64,000 bases of DNA from the NCBI GenBank assembly GCA_951406725.2, contig OX597814.1:201252001-201316000 (forward strand), given 5' to 3'. Shown here piece after piece: positions 25,878 to 37,134 of this stretch. Numbering within the stretch: position 1 is the stretch's first letter; every line of letters begins with the position of its first letter. The notes beneath the pieces are model-generated. The model was given only the letters and a program-made list of their open reading frames with translations. It had not been told where the DNA came from and did no database searches. The DNA comes from Octopus vulgaris. Taxonomy: Eukaryota. Position numbers and translations under genes: made by a program.

Positions 25878-26465
25878 TATAAATTAAAACAATATCTACA
25901 AGAATGTAGAGTTTACCTTATGATTGTCAGTGAATTCTAATCAGTAATATGTTATTTAAGTGGGTTTTATGCTGGCTGGTTTTCTAAATAGTTTTATTTA
26001 CACTGGAGCCTGATGTAGCCTTCTGGCTTGCCAACCCTCAGTCAAGCTGTCCAACCCATGCCAGCATGGAAAGCAGACGTTAAACGAGAATGATGATGAG
26101 GATGATGATGGCTTTGTAAAACCAACCTGCATAAAACCCACTTAAATAACGTATTACTGATTAGAATTCACGGACAATCACAAGGTAAACTCTACATTGT
26201 TGTAGATCTTGTTTTCATTTATATACATACATATATATATATGTGATCTCTTAAGCACCACCAGCTCAAATATTTTCTCCTCTGTCTTCCCCCCTTTGGA
26301 TCTTTCCTTCTCCTTGTTTCCGACGAAGAGCTCCGCTCGAAACGTTAAACCCTCCTTCCCTTCTTTTCTGAGCGTCAATAATACTTTAATTGTTCCACGT
26401 CCTGCGTTGCTGTGTTTTTTTCTCTTTTTTTTCTCTTTTTTTCTGTGTTTTCTTGTTTGGATTAA

Positions 26466-26502
<37 letters not shown>

Positions 26503-27315
26503 GATTATTTTCTGTAAGTTATTGAATATAAAGCAGATAAAATGTTATTAACTAAGCTACCAGAAAAAGAAAAGAGCAAGAGACAAGCAATTGATAATTA
26601 TCCTTTCTTTCTATATTTGTGAAATTACACAGAAAGGAATATGAAGATATCAAAAGCCTTCTGCTCACCTCTCACCTTATGCCATACCATTTGTGGAGAT
26701 GGACTCCATCTCCCAATCATATTATGCTTTTCATTGCAGTTTCTGTTGCTACGGTTTTGGACCAGCTGCATGGTTTGCCATGGGATGTTTTTGCTGGACA
26801 TCATATATGTGGATGGTAGTTGGCTCACGTGAGCTCAACTGTCCTTTGACAGGACTTGTTTTTAGTCCTGCAGATTGTCCACAATACCTTCTTCACCCGG
26901 CAAGCCAGGTAAGGAACTGGTTTAGTTACCAACCACCCAACCATGAACCAAGTATTCCTGGGTTATATGGTTCCAGTTGCTGGATTCCCCTGACCTGCCG
27001 CCTGTGTCCATCGATTGAACTTGATTGTTATGAATCAACAAACATTGAGCATCAACAAATTTCTACAACATTTTACAAAGCCATCATCATCCTCATCATC
27101 ATTTTCGTTTAATATCCGCTTCCCATGCTGGTATGGGTTGGACGGCTTGACTGAGGGTTGGCAAGCCAGAAGGCTACATCAGGCTCCAGTGCAAATAAAA
27201 CTATTTACAAAACCAACCTGCATAAAACCCACTTAAATAATATATCACTAATTAGAATTCACTGACAATCATAAGGTAAACTCTACATTCTTGTAGATCT
27301 TGTTTTAATTTATAT
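25878..27315. repeat. Inverted duplication (25878-26122 vs 27070-27315) plus an inner inverted copy (26118-26225)
   Basis: aaaccaacctgcataaaacccacttaaataa...ctctacatt segment is present three times, once inverted. Confidence 0.8.
26245..26468 (+). mobile_element. Short dispersed element with HHR-like motif at 26316-26350 (second copy 42685-42891)
   Basis: GTTT-CCGACGA-A-GAGC-TCC-GCTC-GAAAC-GTT^AAAC; ends in (TA)n. Confidence 0.65.
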
Positions 27316-27627
27316 CACAGTTGGTGAACCTTAGTATAAAATCATCGTCGTTTTAGTTTTCAATTTTTCATGCATGCATGTGTCAGATAAAATTCATTGA
27401 GGCAGATTTTCTATAGTGGGATGTGCTTCATGTCAGCAATCCCCACCTGTTTATAAGTACCCTAATATTTCTCTTTGGCCAGACATGTTTACACAGAAGA
27501 TTGGAAACAAAGGACACCACTTGTATAAGGGAGACACTTGTTTACAACCCTCATGTGGTGTCAAGACAAGAAGATATGAAAATACATATATCATCATTTT
27601 AATGCCTATTTTTCTATGCTTACACAT

Positions 27628-27869
27628 ACTCTTTTACTTGTTTCAGTCATTTTGACTGCGACCATGCTGGAGCACCGCCTTTAGTCGAGCAAATCAACCC
27701 AAGACTTATTCTTTGTAAACCTAGTACTTATTCTATTGGTCTCGTTTGCTGAATCGCTAAGCTACAGAGATGTAAACACACCAGCATTGGTTGTCAAACG
27801 ATGTTAGGGGTCAAACACAGACACAGAAACATATACACACACATACATACATATATATATATATATACA

Positions 27870-27926
<57 letters not shown>

Positions 27927-28088
27927 ACGACGGGCTTCTTTCAGTTTCCGTTTACCAAATTCACTCACAAGGCTTTGGTCGGCCTGAGGCTATAGTAGAA
28001 GACACTTGCTCAAGGTACCACTCAGTGGGACTAAACCTGGAAGTATGTGGTTGGTAAGCAAGCTACTTACCACACAGCCACTCCTACA
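27628..28088 (-). mobile_element. SINE family A
   Basis: Full match to family A. Confidence 0.85.
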
Positions 28089-28847
28089 CCAAAACGTTTA
28101 CCATAATAATACCAGCAATACTTCACTTGAAATTATTCAATAATTTATTGTTCTGTACGAGCATTGATTATTGCCTGACTCCATTTTCTTTTGATTTACT
28201 CTGGTCTTTTATAACATGAAACAAATATGTACTATTAGTATGATTAATACTTAGAATCGGTACATATATTATTTAGTGTGTCTCTTTGTCTGCGTGTGGA
28301 GTGGAGAAAGAGACAAGATAAAGTACCAAGCGACCCAAACTGATGGCATGGTTTAAATAGATATGTATTGTATTTATGTCATTAACCCACTGAATGTTGA
28401 GTGGCTGTTAGATAAGAAGTTTGCTTTTCAGCCACCATATGGTCAAGCATTCAGAGGAACTGAACCCAGAACCATATATATGATCACTGCCAGGGCAGCT
28501 GACTGGCTCCCATGCCGGTGCCATGTAAAAAGAACCATTTGAGTGTGATCATTACCAATGTTGCCTTACTGGCACTTTTGCCGGTGGCACGTGTAAAACA
28601 ACATTCGAACAAGGTCGTTGCCAGTGCCACCTGACTGGCCCCCATGCCAGTGGCACATAAAAGCAGCCACTACACTCTCAGAGTGGTTGGCGTTAGGAAG
28701 GGCATCCAGCTGTAGAAACTCTGCCAAATCAGATTGAAGCCTGGCGCAGCCATCTGGCTCGCCAGTCCTCAGTCAAATCGTCCAACCCATGCCAGCATGG
28801 AAAGCAGACGTTAAACGATGATAATGATGATGGTGGTAGAGAGAGAG

Positions 28848-29197
28848 AGAGAAGATAAGAAATGGAGCAATAATTAATATTGAGAAGTGGATCATTGGTG
28901 TTAAAAAGTCAAATCGGAGTAAATTTACATTTACCTTGTTACATTTAATAAACAAGTCACTAAAATGTAAGCCTAAAGTATTAACAAACTTTCTTCTCTT
29001 TCTTTTTCTTTGCCTTTCTTTTCCCTCTAATTATTCTGAAGGTATTTATTAAATGTAACAAGGTAAATGTAAATTTACTCCGATTTGATAAAGAGAAACA
29101 GCTGTAAATGGTTCCAAACTACAATTAAATAATGACTTTTTAACACTAATGATCCACTTGCCATTGTTAATTATTGCTCCATTTCTTATCTTCTCTG
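28848..29197 (+). mobile_element. PLE remnant with inverted terminal copy and HHR at 29030-29112
   Basis: ATTATT-CTGAAGG-tatttattaaat...atttgataaaga-GAAAC-AGCT-GTA^AATGGT; 28848-28952 is the reverse complement of parts of 29045-29197. Confidence 0.65.
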
Positions 29198-29347
29198 TAT
29201 ATATATATTAAACCATAGGTTTACCTTTAAATTACCTACTACTGTATACCATATAACTCGGACTATACATAGTGAGGTAATACACCAGGAGTGTCTATGA
29301 ATACACCTATTCCTTAGATGGTTGCATAACCTCTAACTTATATCTTG

Positions 29348-29399
<52 letters not shown>

Positions 29400-29939
29400 G
29401 AGTGTGTGTGTGTTTTTATCCCCAACCACTGCTTTTTACTGGAGGCACAAAGCCTCAGATTCAGTGGGAGGGGACTAGTCAATTAGATCAACCCCAGTAC
29501 ACAACTGGTACTTAATATATCTACCCCAAAAAGATCAAAGATAAAGTTGACCTCGGCAGAGTTTGAACTCAGAATGTGAAGACGGGTGAAATGCCGTTAA
29601 GCATTCTGCCCAGCGTGCTAACGAATCTGCCAACTTGCTGCCTTATTTTAGATTATAATAATGAACTTATCTTTTACTCTTCGAATAAAACCCTTTATGG
29701 TGGTGCCCTGAAAGATTTTAGTTCAACAAATTGACCCCAGTACTTATTATTCTTAAGTCTGGTTCTTATTTTCTCAGTCTCTTTTGCTGAACTACTAAGT
29801 TACAGGGACGTAGGCATGGCTATATGCTTTAGAAGTTTGCCTCCCAATCACATGGTGTCAAGTTTAATCTTGCTATAAGAAGATATGGTAGACGGAAGCT
29901 AAAAGAAGCCAGTTGTGTATATATAGTCCTTGATAAAGA

Positions 29940-30019
29940 TTTTGGAGTATAAGCTCAAATCATATGTGTTTTCTGTATACAGCATCTCTGTATGCACACA
30001 CACACACACACACAAATAT

Positions 30020-30087
<68 letters not shown>

Positions 30088-30216
30088 ATATTTGTGTGTG
30101 TGTTCATCACAGTTGTCAAGCTATATATATATATATTTTGGAGTATAAGATCAAATCATGTGTTTTCTGTATACAGCATCCTGTATGCACACACACATAC
30201 ACACACACACAAATAT

Positions 30217-30270
<54 letters not shown>

Positions 30271-30380
30271 ATATTTGTGTGTGTGTGTGTGTGTGTGTGC
30301 ATACAGAGATGCTGTATACAGAAAACACATATGATTTGATCTTATACTCCAAAATATATATATATATAGCTTGACAACTG
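29940..30380. repeat. Direct duplication plus fold-back hairpin centred on (CA)n(TA)n(TG)n
   Basis: tttggagtataag.tcaaatca...tatgcacac twice direct and once inverted (30300-30378). Confidence 0.85.
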
Positions 30381-30382
30381 GT

Positions 30383-30655
30383 GGAATTTGAACTCAGAAC
30401 ATAATGGCAGACAAAATACCTATTTCTTTATTGCCCACAAGGGGCTAAACACAGAGAGGACAAACAAGGACAGACAAACGGATTAAGTCGATTATATCAA
30501 CCCCAGTGCGTAATTGGTACTTATTTAATCGACCCCGAAAGGATGAAAGGCAAAGTCAACCTCGGCGGAATTTGAACTCAGAACGTAGCTGCAAATGAAA
30601 CACCACCACTAAGCATTTCACCCAGCATGCTAACGATTTCACCAGCATGCCACCC
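30383..30655 (-). mobile_element. SINE family B with a partial second unit
   Basis: Junction aagaaata|ggtattttgtc. Confidence 0.75.
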
Positions 30656-31527
30656 TGAATGAAGGATATTATTATAATTTTAATGGTGATAGTCTCCATA
30701 AATATTTCAGCCCTCAGTGGGTTAATGACATAAATATAAAGTATCTCTATTTAAACCATGTTTAGGTCACTAGGTACTTTATCTTGTCTCTTTCTCCATT
30801 CCACATGCAGACAAAGAGACATACTACATAATACATGGACTGTTTCTAAGTATTAATTATACTAATAGTACATATTTGTTTTGTGTTATAAAAGACCAGA
30901 GTAAATCAAAAGAAAATGGAGTCAGGCAGTAATCAACGCTCGTACAGAACAATAAATTCTGAAATACTTTCAAGTTGAACACTGGAACTGTTTTTATGGC
31001 ACCAATTTGTGGTGTATTTATTCATAATCATTACAGATTCTGTTCTGTGACTGTAGATTTTGTCTGTAGTGATTTCAGCCAAAGAATTTATTTATTACAT
31101 TTCGGTTTATTCAGGAGGTTGGAATTAGCGTGTGTCCTCAGAATATATATATATATATAGGAGTAGGTAAATATGAATATATTAAATATATGTGTGTGTG
31201 TGTTTGTGTGTGGGTGAGTATGTGTGTGTGTGTGTGTTTGTGTGTATATGTGTGTGTGTATGAGAGAGTACATGTGTGTGTGATTATATGTGTGTGTATG
31301 TTTGTGTGTGCATTTGTGCGTGTGAGTATATGAGTGTGTGTGTATGTGTGTGCACGTGTTCATGTGAGTATATGCGTGTGTGTATGTGTGTTTGTATGTG
31401 TATGTGTGTGCGTGTGTTTGTATGACTATATGTGTGTATGTGAGTAAGTGTGATCTTCATCATTTAATGTCCATTTTTCATTTTGGCATGCAATATATGT
31501 ATGTGTGTGTGTATATATATATATAAT

Positions 31528-31925
31528 CTTTTACTCTTTTACTTGTTTCAGTCATTTGACTGCAGCCATGCTGGAGCACTGCCTCTAGTCGAGCAAATCG
31601 ACCCCAGGACTTATTCTTTGGAAGCCTAGTACTTATTCTATCGGTCTCTTTTGCCGAACCGCGAAGTTACAGGGACATAAATGCACTAGCATCAGTTGTC
31701 AAGCGATGTTGGGGGGATAAACACAGACACTCACATATATATACATATACAAATACATTTATACGATGGGCTTCTTTCAGTTTCCATCTACCAAATCCAC
31801 TCACAAGGCTTCGGTCGGCCTGAGGCTATAGTAGAAGACACTTGCCCAAGGTACCATGCAGTGGGACTGAACCCGGAACCATGAGGCTGGTAAGCAAGCT
31901 ACTTGCCACACAACCACTCCTGTGC
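31528..31925 (-). mobile_element. SINE family A
   Basis: Full match to family A. Confidence 0.85.
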
Positions 31926-31930
31926 CTAGA

Positions 31931-31979
<49 letters not shown>

Positions 31980-31980
31980 A

Positions 31981-32838
31981 ATAAAGGGTGAAATTAAATA
32001 ATTTAGAAATAATCATTAATTTCACCAAGTAGAGTTCGGCATGTAAAAGACCCATTCAAGGAAGGTTTAAGTAATACTAAGTAATTAAGGGTTCAGCAAC
32101 GATTTGCCTCACCACACACCGAATTTAGAAATAGCAGTCAAAAAGTTTTGGCTATTCTTTCTACTTAAAAGGGAGATCCCAGTAAAACCAAAGCACTTAA
32201 AAAACAAACGACGCAGGTAAAAGAGAAAGAAATGACAAAAATCATTCTATATTAAATTACCTACGGACGCACGTTTCGGAATTAAGTCATTGTAGAGCAT
32301 AAAAAATAAATAATTATATCTTACCTGACCATTTTCCTCCTCAGCGTAGGATTCTTCAATTATACATAATTGCGGCTCAATTATTAATAATTGTGTATTA
32401 AATTTGAAGGCCCTAGAAGACATCTCCTCAACTCATGGTATCAGAGAGAGCGTAAGTCCTGTCAGTACCGCCAAATTTAAAGGGTGAATGAAAGTAAGTC
32501 ACCTTCCCCTGTCCACCAGCGTGTTGCCAAAATAAGATGCTACAGTTTTTTACTGGGAGGAAATACAATTATCAATAATAATAATGGGTGAAATTAAATA
32601 ATTTAGAAATAATCATTAATTTCACCAAGTAGAGTTCGGCATGTAAAAGACCCATTTTTAATATAGAATGATTTTCGTCATTTCTTTCTCTTTTACCTGC
32701 GTCGTTTGCTTTTTAAGTGATTTGGTTTTACTGGGATCTCCCTTTAAAGTAGAAAGAATAGCCAAAACTTTTTGACTGCTATTTCTAAATTCGGTGTGTG
32801 GTGAGGCAAATCGTTGCTGAACCCTTAATTACTTAGTA
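31981..32838 (-). mobile_element. PLE pLTR remnant with partial tandem and inverted copies
   Basis: 31981-32056 is repeated at 32581-32656; 32657-32838 is the reverse complement of 32074-32255; HHR inside. Confidence 0.75.
32260..32350 (-). ncRNA. Type I hammerhead ribozyme (intact core, GUC site)
   Basis: CCTACG-CTGAGGA-GGAA...TTCC-GAAAC-GTGC-GTC^CGTAGG. Confidence 0.85.
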
Positions 32839-33005
32839 TATATATATATATATATACAAAAAGCAATAAAGATTCAAGTTAATTTAAATGAATTTACTTG
32901 AATATGGTACCTAACTTAGATGCACAAAAAAAAACTATACTGATTTAACAATACAGTAATGTGGGGTGATTATAAGCGAGAATGAAGCAACAAGAATGGA
33001 TAGGT

Positions 33006-33096
33006 TTTTAGTACAATCGTTTCATACAAGGACAGGTTTTATTAAAAGTTGCAAAAATTACAGCATATAAACGTGTCCCGTACTCATCAGCTAAAA
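33006..33096 (-). ncRNA. Hammerhead ribozyme in the PLE 3' pLTR (GUA site)
   Basis: TTTTAG-CTGATGA-GTACGGGACA...TGTCCTTGTAT-GAAAC-GATT-GTA^CTAAAA. Confidence 0.85.
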
Positions 33097-34599
33097 TACA
33101 TGTGAGTTCTCTAGACATCCTAGTGGTTGAGGCTATACTCATGAAGTAATGTAGATAATTAAGTAACATAAACAGATTTCAAAAGTTCATTAAAGTTCTT
33201 TAAAGATGATGTACAGTCTTATCACAGAATTTTAAAAAAAGTCTTAATAGCATCACAGAGAAGGTGACCTAATCCATAGTGCACATATGAATTTCCAGAG
33301 ATATGATGAGGGATTACATACTCACAGAAGACAAATTTATCCATTGTTAATTACAACGAGGTGGGTTTCAATTCCTGCTTATTAGCATTACAGAGAGGGT
33401 GAATTAATCCTTTGTATAGATGCACAATTTCCAATGGTGTAGGTGTAAATTTCCAAGGAATTTCATATTCACAGGCGATAAATTTATCAATGGTTGAACA
33501 CAATGAGGCAGGTATCAATTCTTGCTATATGATTAGGTATCTGCCACATTAATCACATTACTGCTATTTACAAGAGGCTGTAGCTATTTAACTTTTAAAG
33601 GCTGAAGGGCTTACTAGAGCTGTATAGAATAGAAAAGGGAAGGGCATAGAGGAAAAGAGAGAAAATAAAAGAGAAGGGAGCAAAAAGGGGGGGAAGGGGG
33701 ACTCAAAGAGAAGAGAAAAGGAAAAAGAGAATAAGAAGAAGAAAAAGAAAAAAGAGAAAAGAGAAAGAAATAGGGAAGGAAGGGAAAAAAAAAAAAAGAA
33801 AAAGAAGAAAAAAAGAAAAAAGAAGAAAGAAGAAAGAAAAAGAAAAAAAGAGGGTTCTAGTTATACAGAAGAATTAGTAGACGACAAGTCTGGTTTTAAT
33901 TTACAGGCATCTAGGAATTAGAGGAGAATATTATTCTTTGACCAGTTAAAACAGCTAATTTATTGCTGTTGAAATCAGCTATGAATTTAAAGAGAATCTA
34001 AAGAGATAACACAGTTAGGGGTTTCGGGGTCAGATGCTAAAATCACCAGAAAATACATTAGGGAAAACTAGGTATAATCTTATCAAAAAGTCATTAAAAT
34101 TTACTTATTTAATTTATTCATTTTATTGTCTTAAGGAGTTGCCGTTTTTATTCATACATTGACGGACTACAGGTCAAATCTTAGAAGATCATTTAAAAGG
34201 TGTTAGGGGATTGTCTATCATAATGAAGATAATCATATTATCACCGAGGGAATAGTCTCATTTATTTAATTTTGAAATAGAATTATGGGTCTATAGTAAC
34301 TCATTTTAATTAATTAGAGTTATGCTAATCAAATTAGATTAAGTTAGGAACTAAAATTAAAAATTACAATTAAGATTTAAAATTAAGAATTTAAAAATTT
34401 AAAAATTGTGAGTTTGAAATTAAATAAAGCCTCAATTAAGCAGCGAATAAGTGCTATTCATTTCCCTGTTCTCAAAAAACTGATGCAGATATAAGGAAAA
34501 AGATAACTGTAGTGTGAGAACTCTTAGTTATCTACTTAAAGCAGTGCTATACCAGTAGAAATCAGGTTATATCTATCTATCTAGTTACGAAAATTCTAA

Positions 34600-36972
34600 T
34601 CATTTAAAATATTTTAAAGTCTTCAATTTAGCGTGGACACAAACTTGACCTAGTTCGATATGGTTATTCAATAGGTTTCTATGTTTTCTATGCTTTAGAA
34701 TTTCATATGTCTCCATGGAGCATAGTTGGCAACCAACCCTACTATTTTTATACGGAATTGCTCTCCTAACTATTTCCCAATTAAGGTTATAATTTTTATT
34801 ATTATTTTTGAGTTCCCAGATTTTGTTTGAAAGTGTGGTGGTACCAGCTTTATGACGTAATTTAAAAGTCGAGATGTGATTTCTAACTCTAGCTAAAAAA
34901 TTAATTGTACATCCAATGTAATAATATTTGTTATTCTCCGTGGATATGGTACATTTATAGATTACATTATTTTCCCCACATAGACCAGGTGCCGGGCATT
35001 TTGATCTTATTCTACACTTACACACAGGAGTAACAACTTCAGGCTTTGGATTATTCTTGGGTAGATGTTTTAGGTTCCTATTATTTTGATAATCATTTCT
35101 ATAGTTGGTGCTGATATCTAAAGTATTGCTATTATTTCTTGATCCTTCTGTTTCATTATTTAGATCTAAAGTCCTACCATGATTTCTTATATTATTGGTA
35201 ATGTTAATATTATTGCTAGTCTTTTTATCCGACTGCATATTGTTGTTATAGATATCACTAATATTTTCATTCTCCTTATTTTCTCTATTTTCCCTATTTC
35301 TATTATTTCTATTATTAACATTATTACTTCTACTAATATCGGCCTTGCTATTATTACTATTAATGTTAATGTTATTAGTCATTCTGTGGTTACTAATTTC
35401 ACCTATGTTATGATAGTTACTATTGCTGTTTTTATTGTTGGTAGTATTATTACAATTGCTATTGGTATTCATGCTGATATTATTATTATTATTATTATTA
35501 TTATTTATATTTCTATCTTTCCTGGCTAGTTTAATGTTGTTATTATTAATCTTAGCTATTAAAGTGGACATATTTGGGAGGGTTGAATAAGAAATCCTAA
35601 CTGTTTTCCTAGAAATAATTCTATGATATCTATGAGAGATAGGGAAATTTTTTTCCAGAATCACTTTGAATTTGTTCTGCATATCCGATTGTATCGCACA
35701 GTTGAAAGGAATATTCAGCCATAATATATCTTTTTTATTAAATTTAGGGTTCGTAGAATTATTACTATTCATCTCACCGGAGTTATTGTATTTATTACCA
35801 TTATTTTTATTTTTATTTGTGTGCATCTTAGGTTTATCTACTTCAATATTATCCGAGTTACCTATGTTCTGGTCAATGTTTCTATTTGAATTGTTGGGCC
35901 TGTACGCTAGATTAGCGTTTACCGTTAGTTTAATTCTACTTTTATTTCGGGCTTGGTCTTTATTGCTGCTTACGTGATTATTGATAACTTCATTATTAGG
36001 AATACGTGAGTTCCCCTTATCAACGAATGTAATCTTTTGGTTGTATCCAGCCTTAGTTAACGCCGTATTATAATGCTCAGAATGGGAGTTAAAAATATCC
36101 TTATTGGATGATAATTTTGAAATTCTTAATGAAATATTTCTTACTAAAGATTCTATAATATTTGGGGGATGATTTGATAATTTATTTACGTAATTCGTGA
36201 TTTCACCTTCCTTTCTAAATGGGTAATGCAGTTTGGAGTTAAGGTCTAGCGTAATATCTAGGAAATTAACTATTTTAGTGCCCGGTTCATACGTTATACT
36301 GAGGTTGAAATCCCTAAAGAACTTATTAATTTTCTTTCTAATCCTTTCTATAACAGATTTATTATTACTAGGGATAACAAACAGAGCATCATCCCTATAT
36401 AGACCTCCCTGTAATTCTGGGATATCCTTGCTTATGCATTTTAATAGATATGCGCCTACTAGGTTGGTTACCTCAGCCGAATCACTGGAACCCATTGGTA
36501 TATCAAAAAAATTTGGTGTATCTGCTCTAGTCCATAATTTATCTTCAAATTCTATAAATGTCTTCCTAGCTAGTAGCACAATATTGATTTCTTCTCTAGA
36601 TATGAGGGAGCGATTCATGGCAAATATTAGTGATTTGTTGAGTAAGATAGGGGAAATGCTAGAGTAATAACTATTAATATCGAACTGAATAAAGGACAGA
36701 CTACTAGTATTAGTTTGAGAGTTAAACCATTTTAGAACTTCATCGGTACTTAGCCATAGGTTTAAGGGGAGAAGAGGGGTTATTTGGGGTAGAACAGTAT
36801 CCAAGATAGATTTACTAAGTCGGCCAATGTCCGACCTAGTTGGACAGATCAGCCTTACCGAAGGGTTTTCCAAGAAGTTCTTTTTGTGGTCTTTAAGGTT
36901 GATCCTGGGCTCACACGGTTTAAGTGGCTCCGTTCTATCCGTTAAATTTAGTTTTTCCATGATCTCTTTCAT
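34600..36972 (-). CDS. PLE reverse transcriptase + GIY-YIG endonuclease (N-terminally truncated, Asn-rich inserts)
   Basis: FDINSYYSSI, PMGSSDSAEV, GLYRDD, NFLDITL; CKCRIRSKC, VIY...YIG, CQLC, LLN, CVH. Confidence 0.9.
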   Translation of the reverse strand: MKEIMEKLNLTDRTEPLKPCEPRINLKDHKKNFLENPSVRLICPTRSDIGRLSKSILDTVLPQITPLLPLNLWLSTDEVLKWFNSQTNTSSLSFIQFDINSYYSSISPILLNKSLIFAMNRSLISREEINIVLLARKTFIEFEDKLWTRADTPNFFDIPMGSSDSAEVTNLVGAYLLKCISKDIPELQGGLYRDDALFVIPSNNKSVIERIRKKINKFFRDFNLSITYEPGTKIVNFLDITLDLNSKLHYPFRKEGEITNYVNKLSNHPPNIIESLVRNISLRISKLSSNKDIFNSHSEHYNTALTKAGYNQKITFVDKGNSRIPNNEVINNHVSSNKDQARNKSRIKLTVNANLAYRPNNSNRNIDQNIGNSDNIEVDKPKMHTNKNKNNGNKYNNSGEMNSNNSTNPKFNKKDILWLNIPFNCAIQSDMQNKFKVILEKNFPISHRYHRIISRKTVRISYSTLPNMSTLIAKINNNNIKLARKDRNINNNNNNNNNISMNTNSNCNNTTNNKNSNSNYHNIGEISNHRMTNNININSNNSKADISRSNNVNNRNNRNRENRENKENENISDIYNNNMQSDKKTSNNINITNNIRNHGRTLDLNNETEGSRNNSNTLDISTNYRNDYQNNRNLKHLPKNNPKPEVVTPVCKCRIRSKCPAPGLCGENNVIYKCTISTENNKYYYIGCTINFLARVRNHISTFKLRHKAGTTTLSNKIWELKNNNKNYNLNWEIVRRAIPYKNSRVGCQLCSMETYEILKHRKHRNLLNNHIELGQVCVHAKLKTLKYFK

Positions 36973-37134
36973 TTCTATGTTTACTTTACGTTTATATGCT
37001 GTAATTTTTGCAACTTTTAATAAAACCTGTCCTTGTATGAAACGATTGTACTAAAAACCTATCCATTCTTGTTGCTTCATTCTCGCGTATATATATATAT
37101 ATATATATATATATGAACACACACACATATATAT

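Larger units (their letters stand above)
28122..30979. repeat. Inverted duplication of about 280 bp of non-SINE DNA (28122-28400 vs 30706-30979)
   Basis: ttctgtacgagc...ctggtcttttataac vs gttataaaagaccag...gctcgtacagaa. Confidence 0.85.
32856..37086 (-). mobile_element. Penelope-like element, Naiad-type, 5'-truncated with inverted pLTR
   Basis: RT + GIY-YIG ORF, about 1.7-kb 3' UTR, 99-bp inverted repeat 32976-33074 / 36988-37086, (TA)n flanks. Confidence 0.9.

Noticed and set aside
32900-34600. SECIS element in the Naiad 3' UTR
   Set aside because: The ORF has no in-frame UGA, and I recognised no convincing SECIS fold by eye.
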